A stretch of 64,000 nt of DNA from Isoptericola halotolerans (GCF_013149785.1 NZ_JABEZU010000001.1:744001-808000); one strand, 5' to 3'; shown: positions 18,637-29,390, numbered from the stretch's first letter. Translations and numbers: made by a program. The notes: generated from the sequence alone by a model not told the origin.

Positions 18637-21600
18637 ATGAGCCTCGTCTCACGCGTCTACGAGCACCGCCGCTCGGTCGTCTCCGGGGGCGTCGTCGCCC
18701 TCTTCGGCGCCGGCCTGGCGGGGTTCGCGCTCTGGTACGACGGCGAGGCGACGGCGGACATCGAGCTCAACGACTCGGGGGTGTGGGTCACGCAGACCTC
18801 CACGGGGACGCTCGGTCGGTTCAACCACGAGGCCCAGGCGCTGGACGGCACGCTGCTCGCCAACTCCGTCAGCTTCGACGTCCAGCAGAACGCGCAGCGG
18901 GTGCTGCTGGAGAACCGTGGTGACCGCTCGGCGAGCCCGGTGGACCCGGCCCAGCTCGCGCTGCGGGGCGCCCTGGCCTACCCCGCCGGTGCTCAGGTGG
19001 TCGCGGGCGGGTCGAGCACCGTGGTGCACGACGGCGAGACCGGTCGCGTCTGGGTGCTGCCCTTCGACGGGACGGCCGCGTTCGACGAGGACGAGCTCGA
19101 TCCCGACCTGGAGGTCGGGACCGGAGGATCGGCGGTGGTCTCCCAGGACGGCACCGTGTTCGTCGCCGTCCCCTCCGACGGCACGCTCTACACGATCGAG
19201 ACGGGCCCCCAGGGTGCGGCCGTCGCCACCAGCGAGGTGGGGCTGTCCGTCCGTTCGGACGGCGAGGTCGACCTCACGACGGTCGGTGACGAGGTCGTCG
19301 TGCTGGACCGTGCGAGCGGCAGGCTCGTCCTGCCGGGCGGCGACGCCGTCGACCTCGACGGGGGAGCAGAGGCCGAGCTGCAGCAGCCGTCGGGGCCCTC
19401 CGACGTCGTCGCCCTCGCGACCTCGCGCGGCCTGGTCTACCAGCCGCTCGACGGCGGCGCCGCCACCACGCGGTCGGCCAACGGCACGCCGGCCCGCCCT
19501 GTCCAGCTCGGGGGCTGCACCTACGGTGCCTGGTCCGTCTCCGGCCAGGTGATCCGTGACTGCCCGGGCACGGACCGCGACGAGGACATGGTCCTCGAGG
19601 GGATCGGCGCCGACACGGCGCTGGTGTACCGGGTGAACCGTGACGTCATCGTGCTCAACGACCTGGTCAACGGCACCCTGTGGATGGCCGCGGACGACTT
19701 CCAGATGGTCGACGACTGGGAGCTCACCATGCCGGAGGACGCGGAGGGCGAGGAGGCCGAGTCCGAGGAGAGCATCCCGGAGCAGGTCGACCAGTTCGTC
19801 GCGGCGCGTGACGAGGAGAACCGCCCCCCGATCGCGGCGGACGACACGTTCGGTGTGCGCCCGGGAAGCACGACGGTGCTCGACGTGCTCGGCAACGACG
19901 TCGACCCCGACGGCGACGTCATGACGGCATCGGTGCTCGACGGCCCGGACGGCGACATCGAGGTGCACCGGGTGCTCGACGGCGCGGCGCTGCAGGCATC
20001 CGTCCCGGCCGACGCGACGGGCACCGTGAGCTTCACCTACCAGGTGGACGACGGGCGCCCCGGCGGCACCGACGAGGCCTCGGTGGAGCTGCGGGTGGTG
20101 CCGCTGTCGGAGAACGAGGCACCGGTGCAGACGGGCGAGCCGGTGCTGCAGGTGGGCCAGGACCAGACCGGGACCATCAAGGTGCTCCCGTACTTCCAGG
20201 ACCCCGACGGCGACGACCTGTTCCTGTCCTTCGCCGGCACCAACGACCCGCACGACGAGGTGCGGTTCCGGCCGGACGGGAGCGTCGAGTTCCGCGACGG
20301 CGGGTCGGCCACCGGGCGCAAGATCGTGGACCTCACCGTCTCCGACTCGTCGGGACGCCCGGTCGAGGGACGCCTGTTCGTCGACGTGGTGGCGACCAAC
20401 GTGCCGCCGATCGCCGTCGGTGACCATGTCACGACGCTCACCGGTCAGCCGGTGACCGTGCACCCTCTGCGCAACGACACCGACCCCAACGGGGACACCC
20501 TGCGGCTCGTCAACGTCGCCGACCGTGACGGGGTGTCCGTCACCCCGAACCTGTCCGCGGGCACGGTGACGGTCGAGGGTGACGAGCCCGGCTCGTACGA
20601 CATCACCTACCAGGTCAGCGACGGCCCGAACGCGACGATGGGCCTGATCCGTGTGGACGTCGTCGACCCGCCGGACGACGGCGCACCTCCCGTCGTGGTG
20701 GCCGACCAGGTCCTGCTGCCCACGGACGGCACGGCCCTGCTGGACGTGCTGGCCAACGACACCGACCCGAACGGCGGCGTGCTCGTCGTGCAGTCCGTGT
20801 CGCTGCCGCAGGACCTGCCGATCGACGTCACGGTGATCGACAACCAGATCCTCAAGATCTCGCAGACCCGGCGCGTGGACGAGCCGATCACCTTCGAGTA
20901 CACGGCGGCCAACGCGGTGGGCACCACCGTCGGTCAGGTACGGGTGGTGCCGATCCCGGCGCCCGACGTGCTGCGTCCCCCGGAGGCGGCTCCGGACGAG
21001 GTGCTGGTCTACGCCGGCGACATCGTGACGATCCCCGTGCTGCGCAACGACACCCATCCGGACGGCCTGGAGCTCAGGCTCAACGACGAGCTCCAGGAGG
21101 AGCCGGACCCCGAGCTGGGGGAGGCCTTCGTCTCGGAGGACACCGTCCGGTTCCGCGCCGGTGAGGAGCCCGGGACGGCGCACCTGGTGTACGAGGTGGT
21201 CGACTCCAACGGGCAGAAGGACTCGGCCCAGGTGACGGTGACCATCAACGCCGCCGAGGAGAACGCGGCCCCCCAGGTGCCGGACACGACCGCCCGGGTG
21301 CTGGCGGGCCGCACCACGCGGATCGCGCTCCCGCTGGAGGGCTCCGACCCGGACGGCGACCACGTCACGGTGACGTCGATCTCGAGCGCTCCCGCCCAGG
21401 GCCGCGCCACGATCGTGGACGGGTACATCGACTACGTGGCCGGTGACCGGGCCGCCGGTCTGGACACCTTCACGTACCTGGTGACGGACACCCGCGGCGC
21501 CGTCGGCGAGGCCACCGTCCGGGTGGGGGTCGTCCCGCCGCCGGAGACGAACCAGCGGCCCCGCGCCGTCGACGACGAGACCACGGTGCGCCCCGGGCGG

Positions 21601-24600
21601 ACCGTCGCGATCCGCGCCCTGGAGAACGACTCCGACCCCGACGGTGACGACATCGGCCTGCTCGCCGACGGTTTCGAAGGGGTGCCCGAGGGACTGGAGC
21701 CGGAGGTGGTCGACGACGAGGTCATCGTCGCTGCCCCGCAGGAGCAGGGCGCGTACTCGTTCTACTACACGATCCAGGACACCTTCGGCGCGCAGGCCAC
21801 CGGCACGATCACCCTGAACGTCGACGACGAGGCCCCGTTGCTCCGGCCGATCGCCCGCGACGACGTCGTCTCCGCCGACCAGGTGCAGGACTCGGCCGCG
21901 GTGACCGTCGACGTGCTGGCCAACGACGTCGACCCCGACGGCGTCACCGCCGATCTCACCGTGACCGTCGAGGATGACCTCGAGGGGGTCCGGGTCACCG
22001 AGGACCAGCAGGTCGAGGTGCAGCTCACGCCGCAGCCGCAGGTCATCGTCTACACGATCACCGACGTCGACGAGCTGGAGGCCAAGGCGTTCGTCCGGGT
22101 GCCCGGCAACCAGTCGCGCCCGTACCTCACGCCCGGGCTCGAACCGTTGCAGGCCGTCAGCGGGGAACCGCTGCCGATCGAGCTCACGGAGTACGTCGTG
22201 GTCCGTGACGAGCGCACCCCGCGCATCACCGAGGAGTCCTCGGCCACGGCCACGGACGGTGGCGTCGAGGTCACCGACCACGAGACGCTCGTGTACACCT
22301 CGCACGAGGACTACGCCGGGCCGGCCTCCGTCAGCGTGGAGGTCACCGACGGCAGCGGCCCGGACGACCCGGACGGTCTCACCTCCGTCATCACCCTGCC
22401 GATCGACGTCACGCCGGCCGAGAACATGCCCCCGGAGATCGAGGGTTCGCCGGTGCTGGAGGTCGCGGCCGGCGAGGAGAGCGCGGTCGACCTGGCCCGG
22501 TACGTCGTCGACCCCGACGGCGACGACCTGACGTTCGAGGTCGAGGGCAGCGAGGGCATCAGCACCTCGGTGTCCGGGGGCACGGTGACGGCCCAGGCCG
22601 ATCCGTCGGTCCCCAAGGGCACCGTGCGCGACATCGGGTTCACCGTGTCCGACGGCGTGAACCCCCCGGTCTCGGGCCGGCTGTCCGTCACGGTGGTGGG
22701 CTCGACCCGACCGCTCGTGCAGACCACCCCCGACGAGGTGCTCGACGCGCACCAGGGCGTGCAGATCGCCGTCCCGGTGCTGGAGAACGACTCCAACCCG
22801 TTCCCCGAGACCCCGCTGACCCTGGTGGGCGCCTACGGCGAGAGCGGGCAGGGGGACGTCTCCGTCGACGGGTCGTCCGTGGTCGTCACCCCGGGGGAGA
22901 ACTTCCACGGGGTGCTGCGCGTGCGGTACACCGTGGAGGACGCCACGCAGGACCCGGACCGGCACGTCGACGGCGTGCTGACGGTCACGGTGCTCGGCAA
23001 GCCGGACGCGCCCCGCGCCCCGCGCGTCGACGAGGTGCGCTCCGAGACGGCCGTGCTGAGCTGGGAGCAGCCGAACAACAACGGTGCCGAGGTCACGGGC
23101 TACGTGGTGCGGACGCACGACGGCCTGAGCCGAGAGTGCGCCACCACGACCTGCACGTTCGACGGGCTGACCAACGACGTCACCTACACGTTCACCGTCG
23201 CGGCGGTCAACGAGGTCGGCGAGTCCGAGCCGTCGCCCGCCTCGGCGGAGGCCCGTCCGGACCAGAAGCCCGACCCGCCGGCCGCACCGACCCTGGAGTT
23301 CGGCGACGAGGAGCTCACGGTCTCCTGGACGAACCGGACCTACACCGACCGCTCGCCGATCGAGTGCGTCAACCTGGAGATCAGCCCGGCCCCGGCGAGC
23401 GGGCAGGTCCAGCAGACCTGCCTGACCACCACGAGCACCGTGTGGGACGGTCTCACCAACGGCACGGCGTACACGGTGCGGGTCCAGGCCGTGAACCGCG
23501 CCCCGGACCCGTCCGACTGGTCGGAGGCGTCGGCGCCGGAGACCCCGGCCGGCCCGCCGTTCCAGCCGGGTGCACCCACGGCCACGCGCGTGGACACCGC
23601 GGTCGGCGGGCAGACCACCGTCAGCTGGGAACAGCCGAACACCAACGGTGACGCCATCAAGACGTACCACCTGGACGTGCTGGAGAACGGCAGCGCCGTC
23701 CGCACGATCGAGGTCTCGGGGAGCAGCACGTCGCAGACCGTCCAGGACCTGAAACCGACGTCCACCTACACGTTCCGGGTCTCCGCCGAGAACAAGGCGG
23801 GCACGTCGGAGAACAGCGCGGCGTCCAACGCGGTGGTGCCCTTCGGCACACCCGTGGTGCCCAGCGGGGTGTCGGCGAGGCTCGGGGAGAACACCAACGG
23901 CAGGGCGATCGTCAGCTGGAACGCCACGTCCGACTTCCGGGGCAACGGCCCGTACTACCAGGTGCGGGCGAACGGGTCCGGGACGACGAACGCCGGGAAC
24001 GACACCCAGTACACCTACACGGGGCTCACCAACGGGACGTCGTACACGTTCGACGTGCGGGCCTGCAACGAGTTCACGTGCTCGGACTGGTCGGCGCAGT
24101 CCAACGCCGTGACGCCCTTCACGACACCGGGCACGCCCGGCATCACCTCGTCCCGGGTGGCGGACGACCAGGGAGAGTTCCGCGTGTCGGCCCCGAGCAA
24201 CAACGGCGGCAGGTCGCTGGACCGCATCGAGTACCGGAGGTCCTGGGACTCGAACGGGAGCAGGACGTCGTGGCCGTGGACGTTCAGGACGTCCAGGGCC
24301 TACAGCACCACGTTCACCGTGGAGGCACGAGCCTGCAACGAGGCCGGCTGCAGCTCGTGGGCGAGCCAGAGCTACAGGACCGGCGCGGAGCCGAACCCCC
24401 GTGCCGTGGTGTCGCGAGGCAACGGCTACATCGACCCCAACCAGTGCAGAGACGGCACGTGCGCGACGCTCAGGGTGACGACGCACGACTTCAGGGACAC
24501 GGGCTCGCAGAGCGTGGCCTGCTGGACCGACCTCGATGAAGGGCCCCACCGGTTCCACGGCACGGGGACCTACACGCGGAACATCTCCGCGAACGGGACC

Positions 24601-24711
24601 TTCGACCTGCCGTGCTTCATCGGCAGCGCGGCCCCGAGGTACGGCGGGCACAACGTCTGGGTCGTGATCAACGGCAAGCACTACGAGAAGACGTTCTGGC
24701 GGACCAACTAG
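18637..24711 (+). CDS. Giant surface protein (~2024 aa): N-terminal membrane anchor, beta-propeller-like region, tandem cadherin-like/Ig (Big_9) repeats, C-terminal fibronectin type III domains
   Basis: Repeated P.A.DD...V.VL.ND.DPDGD units, then FN3 units (W..P..NG..I..Y, GLTNG..YTF.V.A.N). GGAGG RBS before ATG 18637. Confidence 0.88.
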   Translation: MSLVSRVYEHRRSVVSGGVVALFGAGLAGFALWYDGEATADIELNDSGVWVTQTSTGTLGRFNHEAQALDGTLLANSVSFDVQQNAQRVLLENRGDRSASPVDPAQLALRGALAYPAGAQVVAGGSSTVVHDGETGRVWVLPFDGTAAFDEDELDPDLEVGTGGSAVVSQDGTVFVAVPSDGTLYTIETGPQGAAVATSEVGLSVRSDGEVDLTTVGDEVVVLDRASGRLVLPGGDAVDLDGGAEAELQQPSGPSDVVALATSRGLVYQPLDGGAATTRSANGTPARPVQLGGCTYGAWSVSGQVIRDCPGTDRDEDMVLEGIGADTALVYRVNRDVIVLNDLVNGTLWMAADDFQMVDDWELTMPEDAEGEEAESEESIPEQVDQFVAARDEENRPPIAADDTFGVRPGSTTVLDVLGNDVDPDGDVMTASVLDGPDGDIEVHRVLDGAALQASVPADATGTVSFTYQVDDGRPGGTDEASVELRVVPLSENEAPVQTGEPVLQVGQDQTGTIKVLPYFQDPDGDDLFLSFAGTNDPHDEVRFRPDGSVEFRDGGSATGRKIVDLTVSDSSGRPVEGRLFVDVVATNVPPIAVGDHVTTLTGQPVTVHPLRNDTDPNGDTLRLVNVADRDGVSVTPNLSAGTVTVEGDEPGSYDITYQVSDGPNATMGLIRVDVVDPPDDGAPPVVVADQVLLPTDGTALLDVLANDTDPNGGVLVVQSVSLPQDLPIDVTVIDNQILKISQTRRVDEPITFEYTAANAVGTTVGQVRVVPIPAPDVLRPPEAAPDEVLVYAGDIVTIPVLRNDTHPDGLELRLNDELQEEPDPELGEAFVSEDTVRFRAGEEPGTAHLVYEVVDSNGQKDSAQVTVTINAAEENAAPQVPDTTARVLAGRTTRIALPLEGSDPDGDHVTVTSISSAPAQGRATIVDGYIDYVAGDRAAGLDTFTYLVTDTRGAVGEATVRVGVVPPPETNQRPRAVDDETTVRPGRTVAIRALENDSDPDGDDIGLLADGFEGVPEGLEPEVVDDEVIVAAPQEQGAYSFYYTIQDTFGAQATGTITLNVDDEAPLLRPIARDDVVSADQVQDSAAVTVDVLANDVDPDGVTADLTVTVEDDLEGVRVTEDQQVEVQLTPQPQVIVYTITDVDELEAKAFVRVPGNQSRPYLTPGLEPLQAVSGEPLPIELTEYVVVRDERTPRITEESSATATDGGVEVTDHETLVYTSHEDYAGPASVSVEVTDGSGPDDPDGLTSVITLPIDVTPAENMPPEIEGSPVLEVAAGEESAVDLARYVVDPDGDDLTFEVEGSEGISTSVSGGTVTAQADPSVPKGTVRDIGFTVSDGVNPPVSGRLSVTVVGSTRPLVQTTPDEVLDAHQGVQIAVPVLENDSNPFPETPLTLVGAYGESGQGDVSVDGSSVVVTPGENFHGVLRVRYTVEDATQDPDRHVDGVLTVTVLGKPDAPRAPRVDEVRSETAVLSWEQPNNNGAEVTGYVVRTHDGLSRECATTTCTFDGLTNDVTYTFTVAAVNEVGESEPSPASAEARPDQKPDPPAAPTLEFGDEELTVSWTNRTYTDRSPIECVNLEISPAPASGQVQQTCLTTTSTVWDGLTNGTAYTVRVQAVNRAPDPSDWSEASAPETPAGPPFQPGAPTATRVDTAVGGQTTVSWEQPNTNGDAIKTYHLDVLENGSAVRTIEVSGSSTSQTVQDLKPTSTYTFRVSAENKAGTSENSAASNAVVPFGTPVVPSGVSARLGENTNGRAIVSWNATSDFRGNGPYYQVRANGSGTTNAGNDTQYTYTGLTNGTSYTFDVRACNEFTCSDWSAQSNAVTPFTTPGTPGITSSRVADDQGEFRVSAPSNNGGRSLDRIEYRRSWDSNGSRTSWPWTFRTSRAYSTTFTVEARACNEAGCSSWASQSYRTGAEPNPRAVVSRGNGYIDPNQCRDGTCATLRVTTHDFRDTGSQSVACWTDLDEGPHRFHGTGTYTRNISANGTFDLPCFIGSAAPRYGGHNVWVVINGKHYEKTFWRTN

Positions 24712-24736
24712 GCATGTCACGGAAGAGGAACACGAG

Positions 24737-25708
24737 ATGACCATGACCCCCGAGCAGGCGGCCTGGTTCGCCCAGACCTTCGACCGCCTCAGCGGCAACG
24801 TCGGCCTGGCGGTGCTGGGCAAGGCGCCCGTGGTGCGCCTCGCCCTGACCTGCATGCTGGCCGAGGGCCACCTGCTGCTGGAGGACGCCCCGGGCACGGG
24901 CAAGACGGCGATGGCCCGCGCCATCGCCGCCTCGGTCCAGGGCACCCAGAACCGCGTGCAGTTCACGCCGGACCTGCTGCCCTCCGACGTGACGGGCGTG
25001 ATGATCTACGACCAGAAGACAGGCACCTTCGACTTCCGGCCGGGGCCGATCTTCGCGTCCATCGTGCTCGCGGACGAGATCAACCGTGCCTCGCCCAAGA
25101 CCCAGTCGGCGTTGCTCGAGGTGATGGAGGAGGGGCGGGTCACCGTCGACGGCACCGCGCACGACGTCGGCCGCCCGTTCATGGTGATCGCGACCCAGAA
25201 CCCGATCGAGCAGGCGGGCACCTACCGGCTGCCCGAGGCCCAGCTCGACCGGTTCCTCATGAAGACGTCGGTGGGCTACCCGGACCACGCCTCGACGGTG
25301 GAGATCCTCTCGGGGGCGGCGACCCGCGACCGCAGCGCGGCCCTGAACCCGATCATCACGACCAAGGCGGTCGCCGACATGGCCGACCTCGCCGCGACGG
25401 TGCACACCGACCAGGCGGTGCTGGAGTACGTGAGCCGGCTCTCCGAGGAGACCCGCAACGCGCCCGAGGCGCGGATCGGCGTGTCGGTGCGTGGTGCGCT
25501 GGCCCTGGTCCGCTGCTGCAAGGTGTGGGCGGCGGCGCACGGACGCAACTACGTGCTGCCCGACGACGTCAAGCAGCTCGCCCAGCCGGTGTGGGCGCAC
25601 CGGTTCGTCCTCGACCCCGAGGCCGAGTTCACCGGCGCCCGGGCCGAGGTCGTGCTCGCGCGGATCCTGTCCGACGTGGCGGCACCGCAGGAGCGCGCCG
25701 GCGTATGA
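24737..25708 (+). CDS. MoxR-family AAA+ ATPase
   Basis: LLEDAPGTGKT, RVQFTPDLLPSD, LADEINRASPKTQSALLE, ATQNPIE and LPEAQLDRF. Confidence 0.95.
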   Translation: MTMTPEQAAWFAQTFDRLSGNVGLAVLGKAPVVRLALTCMLAEGHLLLEDAPGTGKTAMARAIAASVQGTQNRVQFTPDLLPSDVTGVMIYDQKTGTFDFRPGPIFASIVLADEINRASPKTQSALLEVMEEGRVTVDGTAHDVGRPFMVIATQNPIEQAGTYRLPEAQLDRFLMKTSVGYPDHASTVEILSGAATRDRSAALNPIITTKAVADMADLAATVHTDQAVLEYVSRLSEETRNAPEARIGVSVRGALALVRCCKVWAAAHGRNYVLPDDVKQLAQPVWAHRFVLDPEAEFTGARAEVVLARILSDVAAPQERAGV

Positions 25709-26988
25709 CGACCTCAGCACCCCGGCGGGCGGCGCCGCGCGTCGCCGCCGCGAGACTGCGCACCGGGAGGTGGTGGGCGACGGCCGTCGCCACGCTGCGC
25801 CACGCCTGGGCGACCCTGCTGCGCGTGCTGGCACCGCTGACCCAGGCGTTCAGCACCTTCGGCGTCGCGGTGCTCGTCGTCGCGGCCGGGGCGTGGGTGG
25901 CCGGCCTGGTGCTCGGCTGGCTCGAGGTGCTCGTCGCGGCGATCGTCCTGACGGTCGCGCTCGTGGCGGCCATCGTGTTCGTGCTGGGCCGGCTGCGGTA
26001 CGACGTCACGCTGAGCCTGACCCAGTCGCGGGTCACCGTCGGGGACCCCGCGGTGGGGCGGCTCGACGTGCGCAACAGCTCGGCCCGGCCGCTGCTGCCG
26101 TCCGTCATGGAGCTGCCCGTCGGGCGCGGCACGGCGGCCTTCCCCGTGCCACGGATGCGCGGCGGGGCGACGCACGAGGAGATCTTCCGGATCCCGACCC
26201 GGCGCCGCAGCGTCATCACGGTCGGTCCGGTCAAGTCGGTCCGCGCCGACCCGCTGGGCCTGCTGCGCCGCGAGGTGACGTGGACGGACGAGCAGGAGCT
26301 GTACGTGCACCCTGCGGTGAAGAGCCTCGCGAGCTCCTCGACGGGGCTGCTCCGTGACCTCGAGGGTCGCGCCACGAACGACCTCACGGACTCCGACATC
26401 TCGTTCCACGCGCTGCGCGAGTACGTGCCGGGGGACGACCTGCGCCACATCCACTGGAAGACGACGGCACGTACCGGCACGCTCATGGTGCGGCAGTTCG
26501 AGGAGACGCGCCGGTCGCACCTGGCCGTGCTGCTGTCCACCCGGGCCCAGGACTACGCGGACGACGAGGAGTTCGAGCTGGCGGTGTCGGTGTGCGGCTC
26601 GCTCGGGCTGCAGGCGATCAAGGAGGACCGCGGGGTGACGGTGCTGGTGCACACCGGGAGCCTGCGCGGCGACCATCACACCCGCCTCCTCGACGACCTC
26701 TCCCGCATCGAGGCGATCCCGTCCCGCAGCAAGCTGGTGGACCTGGCCCGCGGCGTCGGGTCCAGCGCCGCCAGCGCCTCGGTGATCGCCTTCGTGGTGG
26801 GCAGCAAGGTGACCCCGAGCGAGCTGCGGGCCGCGTCCGCGCGCCTGCCCGTCGGGGTGACGGTCATGGCGATCCAGTGCGTCCCGGGGGCCAACCTGGC
26901 ACGGCACACGATCGGTGAGGTCGGGGTGCTCACCCTGGGCAGGCTCGGAGACCTGCCCCTCGCGCTGAAGAAGATGAGCGACGCATGA
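25705..26988 (+). CDS. DUF58 family membrane protein (MoxR partner)
   Basis: FHALREYVPGDDLRHIHWKTTAR...LMVRQFE motif, two N-terminal TMs, ATGA overlap with MoxR. Confidence 0.92.
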   Translation: MTTSAPRRAAPRVAAARLRTGRWWATAVATLRHAWATLLRVLAPLTQAFSTFGVAVLVVAAGAWVAGLVLGWLEVLVAAIVLTVALVAAIVFVLGRLRYDVTLSLTQSRVTVGDPAVGRLDVRNSSARPLLPSVMELPVGRGTAAFPVPRMRGGATHEEIFRIPTRRRSVITVGPVKSVRADPLGLLRREVTWTDEQELYVHPAVKSLASSSTGLLRDLEGRATNDLTDSDISFHALREYVPGDDLRHIHWKTTARTGTLMVRQFEETRRSHLAVLLSTRAQDYADDEEFELAVSVCGSLGLQAIKEDRGVTVLVHTGSLRGDHHTRLLDDLSRIEAIPSRSKLVDLARGVGSSAASASVIAFVVGSKVTPSELRAASARLPVGVTVMAIQCVPGANLARHTIGEVGVLTLGRLGDLPLALKKMSDA

Positions 26989-29390
26989 ACGACGAGACCA
27001 CCCGCGGCGGGGGCTTCGCCCGGCAGGACACGAAGGCGCGCGAGGAGTTCCGCACCGGCACGGGGCGGGGCACCACCCGGCGCCACCAGGACGCGGTCCC
27101 CCGGGCGACGACGGCGCCCGCGCTGGTCGACCTGGCCGCCCTGCTCGTGCTGCTCGGCGCCGTGGCCGTCGGGTTCGGCCCGGCGTGGGGTTCGCCCGGC
27201 TACCTGCTGCCCGCCGTCGGGGGCCTGGTCGTGGGTCTGGGCGTGGCCTGGCTGGGAGCCTGGCGCCGCTTCTCGGCGGTGACCGTCACGGGGCTGGCGG
27301 TGCTGGGCTACCTGCTGCTCGGCGGTGTCTTCGCCCTGCCCGGCGCGGCCGTCCTCGGTGTGCTCCCGAGCCTGACGACCCTGCACGACCTGCTCGTCGG
27401 CGCGGTCGAGGGCTGGAAGCAGTTCGTGACGACGTCGCCGCCTCTCGAGTCGTTCCCGGACCTCGCCGTCGTCCCGTACCTGCTGATGCTGGTGGTCGCG
27501 CTGGTGGCCGGCACGATCGCGTGGCGCGCCCGGCACGCCGTGTGGGCCCTGGCCCCGGTCGTGGTCGGGTTCGTCGCGGTCATCCTGCTCGGGACGCTGG
27601 ACGAGGCCCTGCCGGTGCTGCAGGGCGGCGTGATCGCGCTGGTCGGCCTGCTCTGGGGCGGGGTCCGCGCCATGGAGGCACGCGTCGGGACGCACTCGAT
27701 CGCGACGGAGTCGAGCAGTGCCGCGATCCGGCGCCTGCGCTGGTACCGGGTGCGCACCGGTGCGGCGATCCTCGGTGCCGCGGCGCTCACGGCGGCGTTC
27801 GTCGCGCCCGCGATCATGCCGGAGCAGCCGCGCACGGTGCTGCGGGAGACGATCGTGCCACCGCTGGACCTGCACCAGTACGCGAGCCCGCTCGTCGCGT
27901 TCCGGCACTACGTGAAGGAGCGCCGCACCGACGAGCTGTTCACCTTCGAGAACCTCCCGGACGACGGCCGCGTCCGCCTGGCGACGCTCGACCGGTACGA
28001 CGGCGTGGTCTTCGACGCCTCCGGTGACGGTGGTGACACCGGTGTCTACAGCCGCGTGGGCGAGCACATCGCGACGGCGGCGACGGGAGAGCCCGTCGAG
28101 GTCACGGTCTCCGTCACGGGGTACGACGGCGTGTGGGTGCCGGAGGTCGGCGCGCTCACCGGCGTGCGCTGGAGCGGCCCGAACGCTGCCGCGCAGGACG
28201 CCTCGACGTACTACAACTCGGCGACGCGCACGGCGATCACCACCGCGGGGCTGCGCCCCGGCGACTCCTACACGCTCAACGCGGTGGTGCAGGACCTCCC
28301 GGACGAGGAGGAGCTGCGTCGGTCGACGATCGCGGAGGCGGACCTGCCTCCGGTCCAGGACCGCGCCGTCCCGGCCGGTCTGCCGGGCAAGGCGGTGCAG
28401 TTCACCGGTGAGGAGACCGACGCCACGACCAAGCTCTTCCTCCTGCGGGACCTGCTGGCGTCCTCGGGCGTGCTGTCGAGCGGGCTCGAGGGCCAGCTGC
28501 CCTCCCGTCCGGGTCACTCCGCCGAGCGGATCGACACGCTCGTGCAGGAGGAGAAGATGGTGGGCGACGACGAGCAGTTCGCCGTCGCCCTGGCGCTCAT
28601 GGCACGCCAGTCGGGCATCCCCGCCCGCGTGGTGATGGGTTTCGCGCCGACCGAGGACAGCAGCTACGAACCCGGTGAACCGTGGACGGTGCTGGGCAGC
28701 GACGTCCGCGCCTGGGTCGAGGTGCCGTTCGAGGGCCACGGCTGGGTACCGGTCGAGGCCGTTCCCGAGGAGCAGCCGAAGATCCAGCCCGAACCGCAGT
28801 CCGAGGAGGTTCCCAAGCCCCCGGTGCTGCAGGAGCCCGAACCTCCCGAGGAGCCCGACCAGGCCCGGTCCGGCAGCGTCGAGGACGAGGAGAAGGACGA
28901 CGAGGTCGACAACGAGGCCTTCGACTGGGCGCGCTTCGGCCTGATCGTCCTGGCCGTGGGCATCCCGCTGCTGCTGGTGCTGGGCCCGATCGTCGCGATC
29001 CTCGCGTTCAAGGCGCGACGACGGACCCGACGGCGGTCCGCCGACGAGCTCACCGCGCGGTTCAGCGGGGGCTGGCACGAGGTCGTCGACGTCGCCACCG
29101 ACCTCGGCAGCACCGTGCCGGCCTCGGCGACCCGGCGGGAGAGCGCCGACCTGATCGCCACGGCGCACCAGGCACCCGGTACGCTCGCTGTCGCCCACCG
29201 CGCGGACGCGAGCGTCTTCGGGGCGGGCGAGTCCAGCGTCGCGGACGCCGAAGGGTACTGGCAGGAGATCGACCAGCTCGTCGGCGGCATGCGTGCAGGG
29301 GTGCCACGGGGTCGTCGGCTCCGGGCGGCGCTCTCCCTGCGCTCCGTCCGCGCGCGCAGCCGCTGGGGCAGGAGCGAGGAGAGACGATGA
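26985..29390 (+). CDS. Membrane transglutaminase-like (TgpA-type) protein, catalytic residues apparently lost
   Basis: Multi-TM N-terminus, then GDDEQFAVALALMAR..GIPARVVMGF and AWVEVPFEG.GWVP core. Confidence 0.87.
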   Translation: MNDETTRGGGFARQDTKAREEFRTGTGRGTTRRHQDAVPRATTAPALVDLAALLVLLGAVAVGFGPAWGSPGYLLPAVGGLVVGLGVAWLGAWRRFSAVTVTGLAVLGYLLLGGVFALPGAAVLGVLPSLTTLHDLLVGAVEGWKQFVTTSPPLESFPDLAVVPYLLMLVVALVAGTIAWRARHAVWALAPVVVGFVAVILLGTLDEALPVLQGGVIALVGLLWGGVRAMEARVGTHSIATESSSAAIRRLRWYRVRTGAAILGAAALTAAFVAPAIMPEQPRTVLRETIVPPLDLHQYASPLVAFRHYVKERRTDELFTFENLPDDGRVRLATLDRYDGVVFDASGDGGDTGVYSRVGEHIATAATGEPVEVTVSVTGYDGVWVPEVGALTGVRWSGPNAAAQDASTYYNSATRTAITTAGLRPGDSYTLNAVVQDLPDEEELRRSTIAEADLPPVQDRAVPAGLPGKAVQFTGEETDATTKLFLLRDLLASSGVLSSGLEGQLPSRPGHSAERIDTLVQEEKMVGDDEQFAVALALMARQSGIPARVVMGFAPTEDSSYEPGEPWTVLGSDVRAWVEVPFEGHGWVPVEAVPEEQPKIQPEPQSEEVPKPPVLQEPEPPEEPDQARSGSVEDEEKDDEVDNEAFDWARFGLIVLAVGIPLLLVLGPIVAILAFKARRRTRRRSADELTARFSGGWHEVVDVATDLGSTVPASATRRESADLIATAHQAPGTLAVAHRADASVFGAGESSVADAEGYWQEIDQLVGGMRAGVPRGRRLRAALSLRSVRARSRWGRSEERR

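Noticed and set aside
18649..24966. 2105-aa minus-strand ORF (also 36567-40433, 26676-29672, 60472-63240 and many other long overlapping ORFs)
   Set aside because: Antisense or off-frame shadows of well-supported genes. High GC suppresses stop codons, and the translations are Arg/Gly/Val-rich with no motifs.
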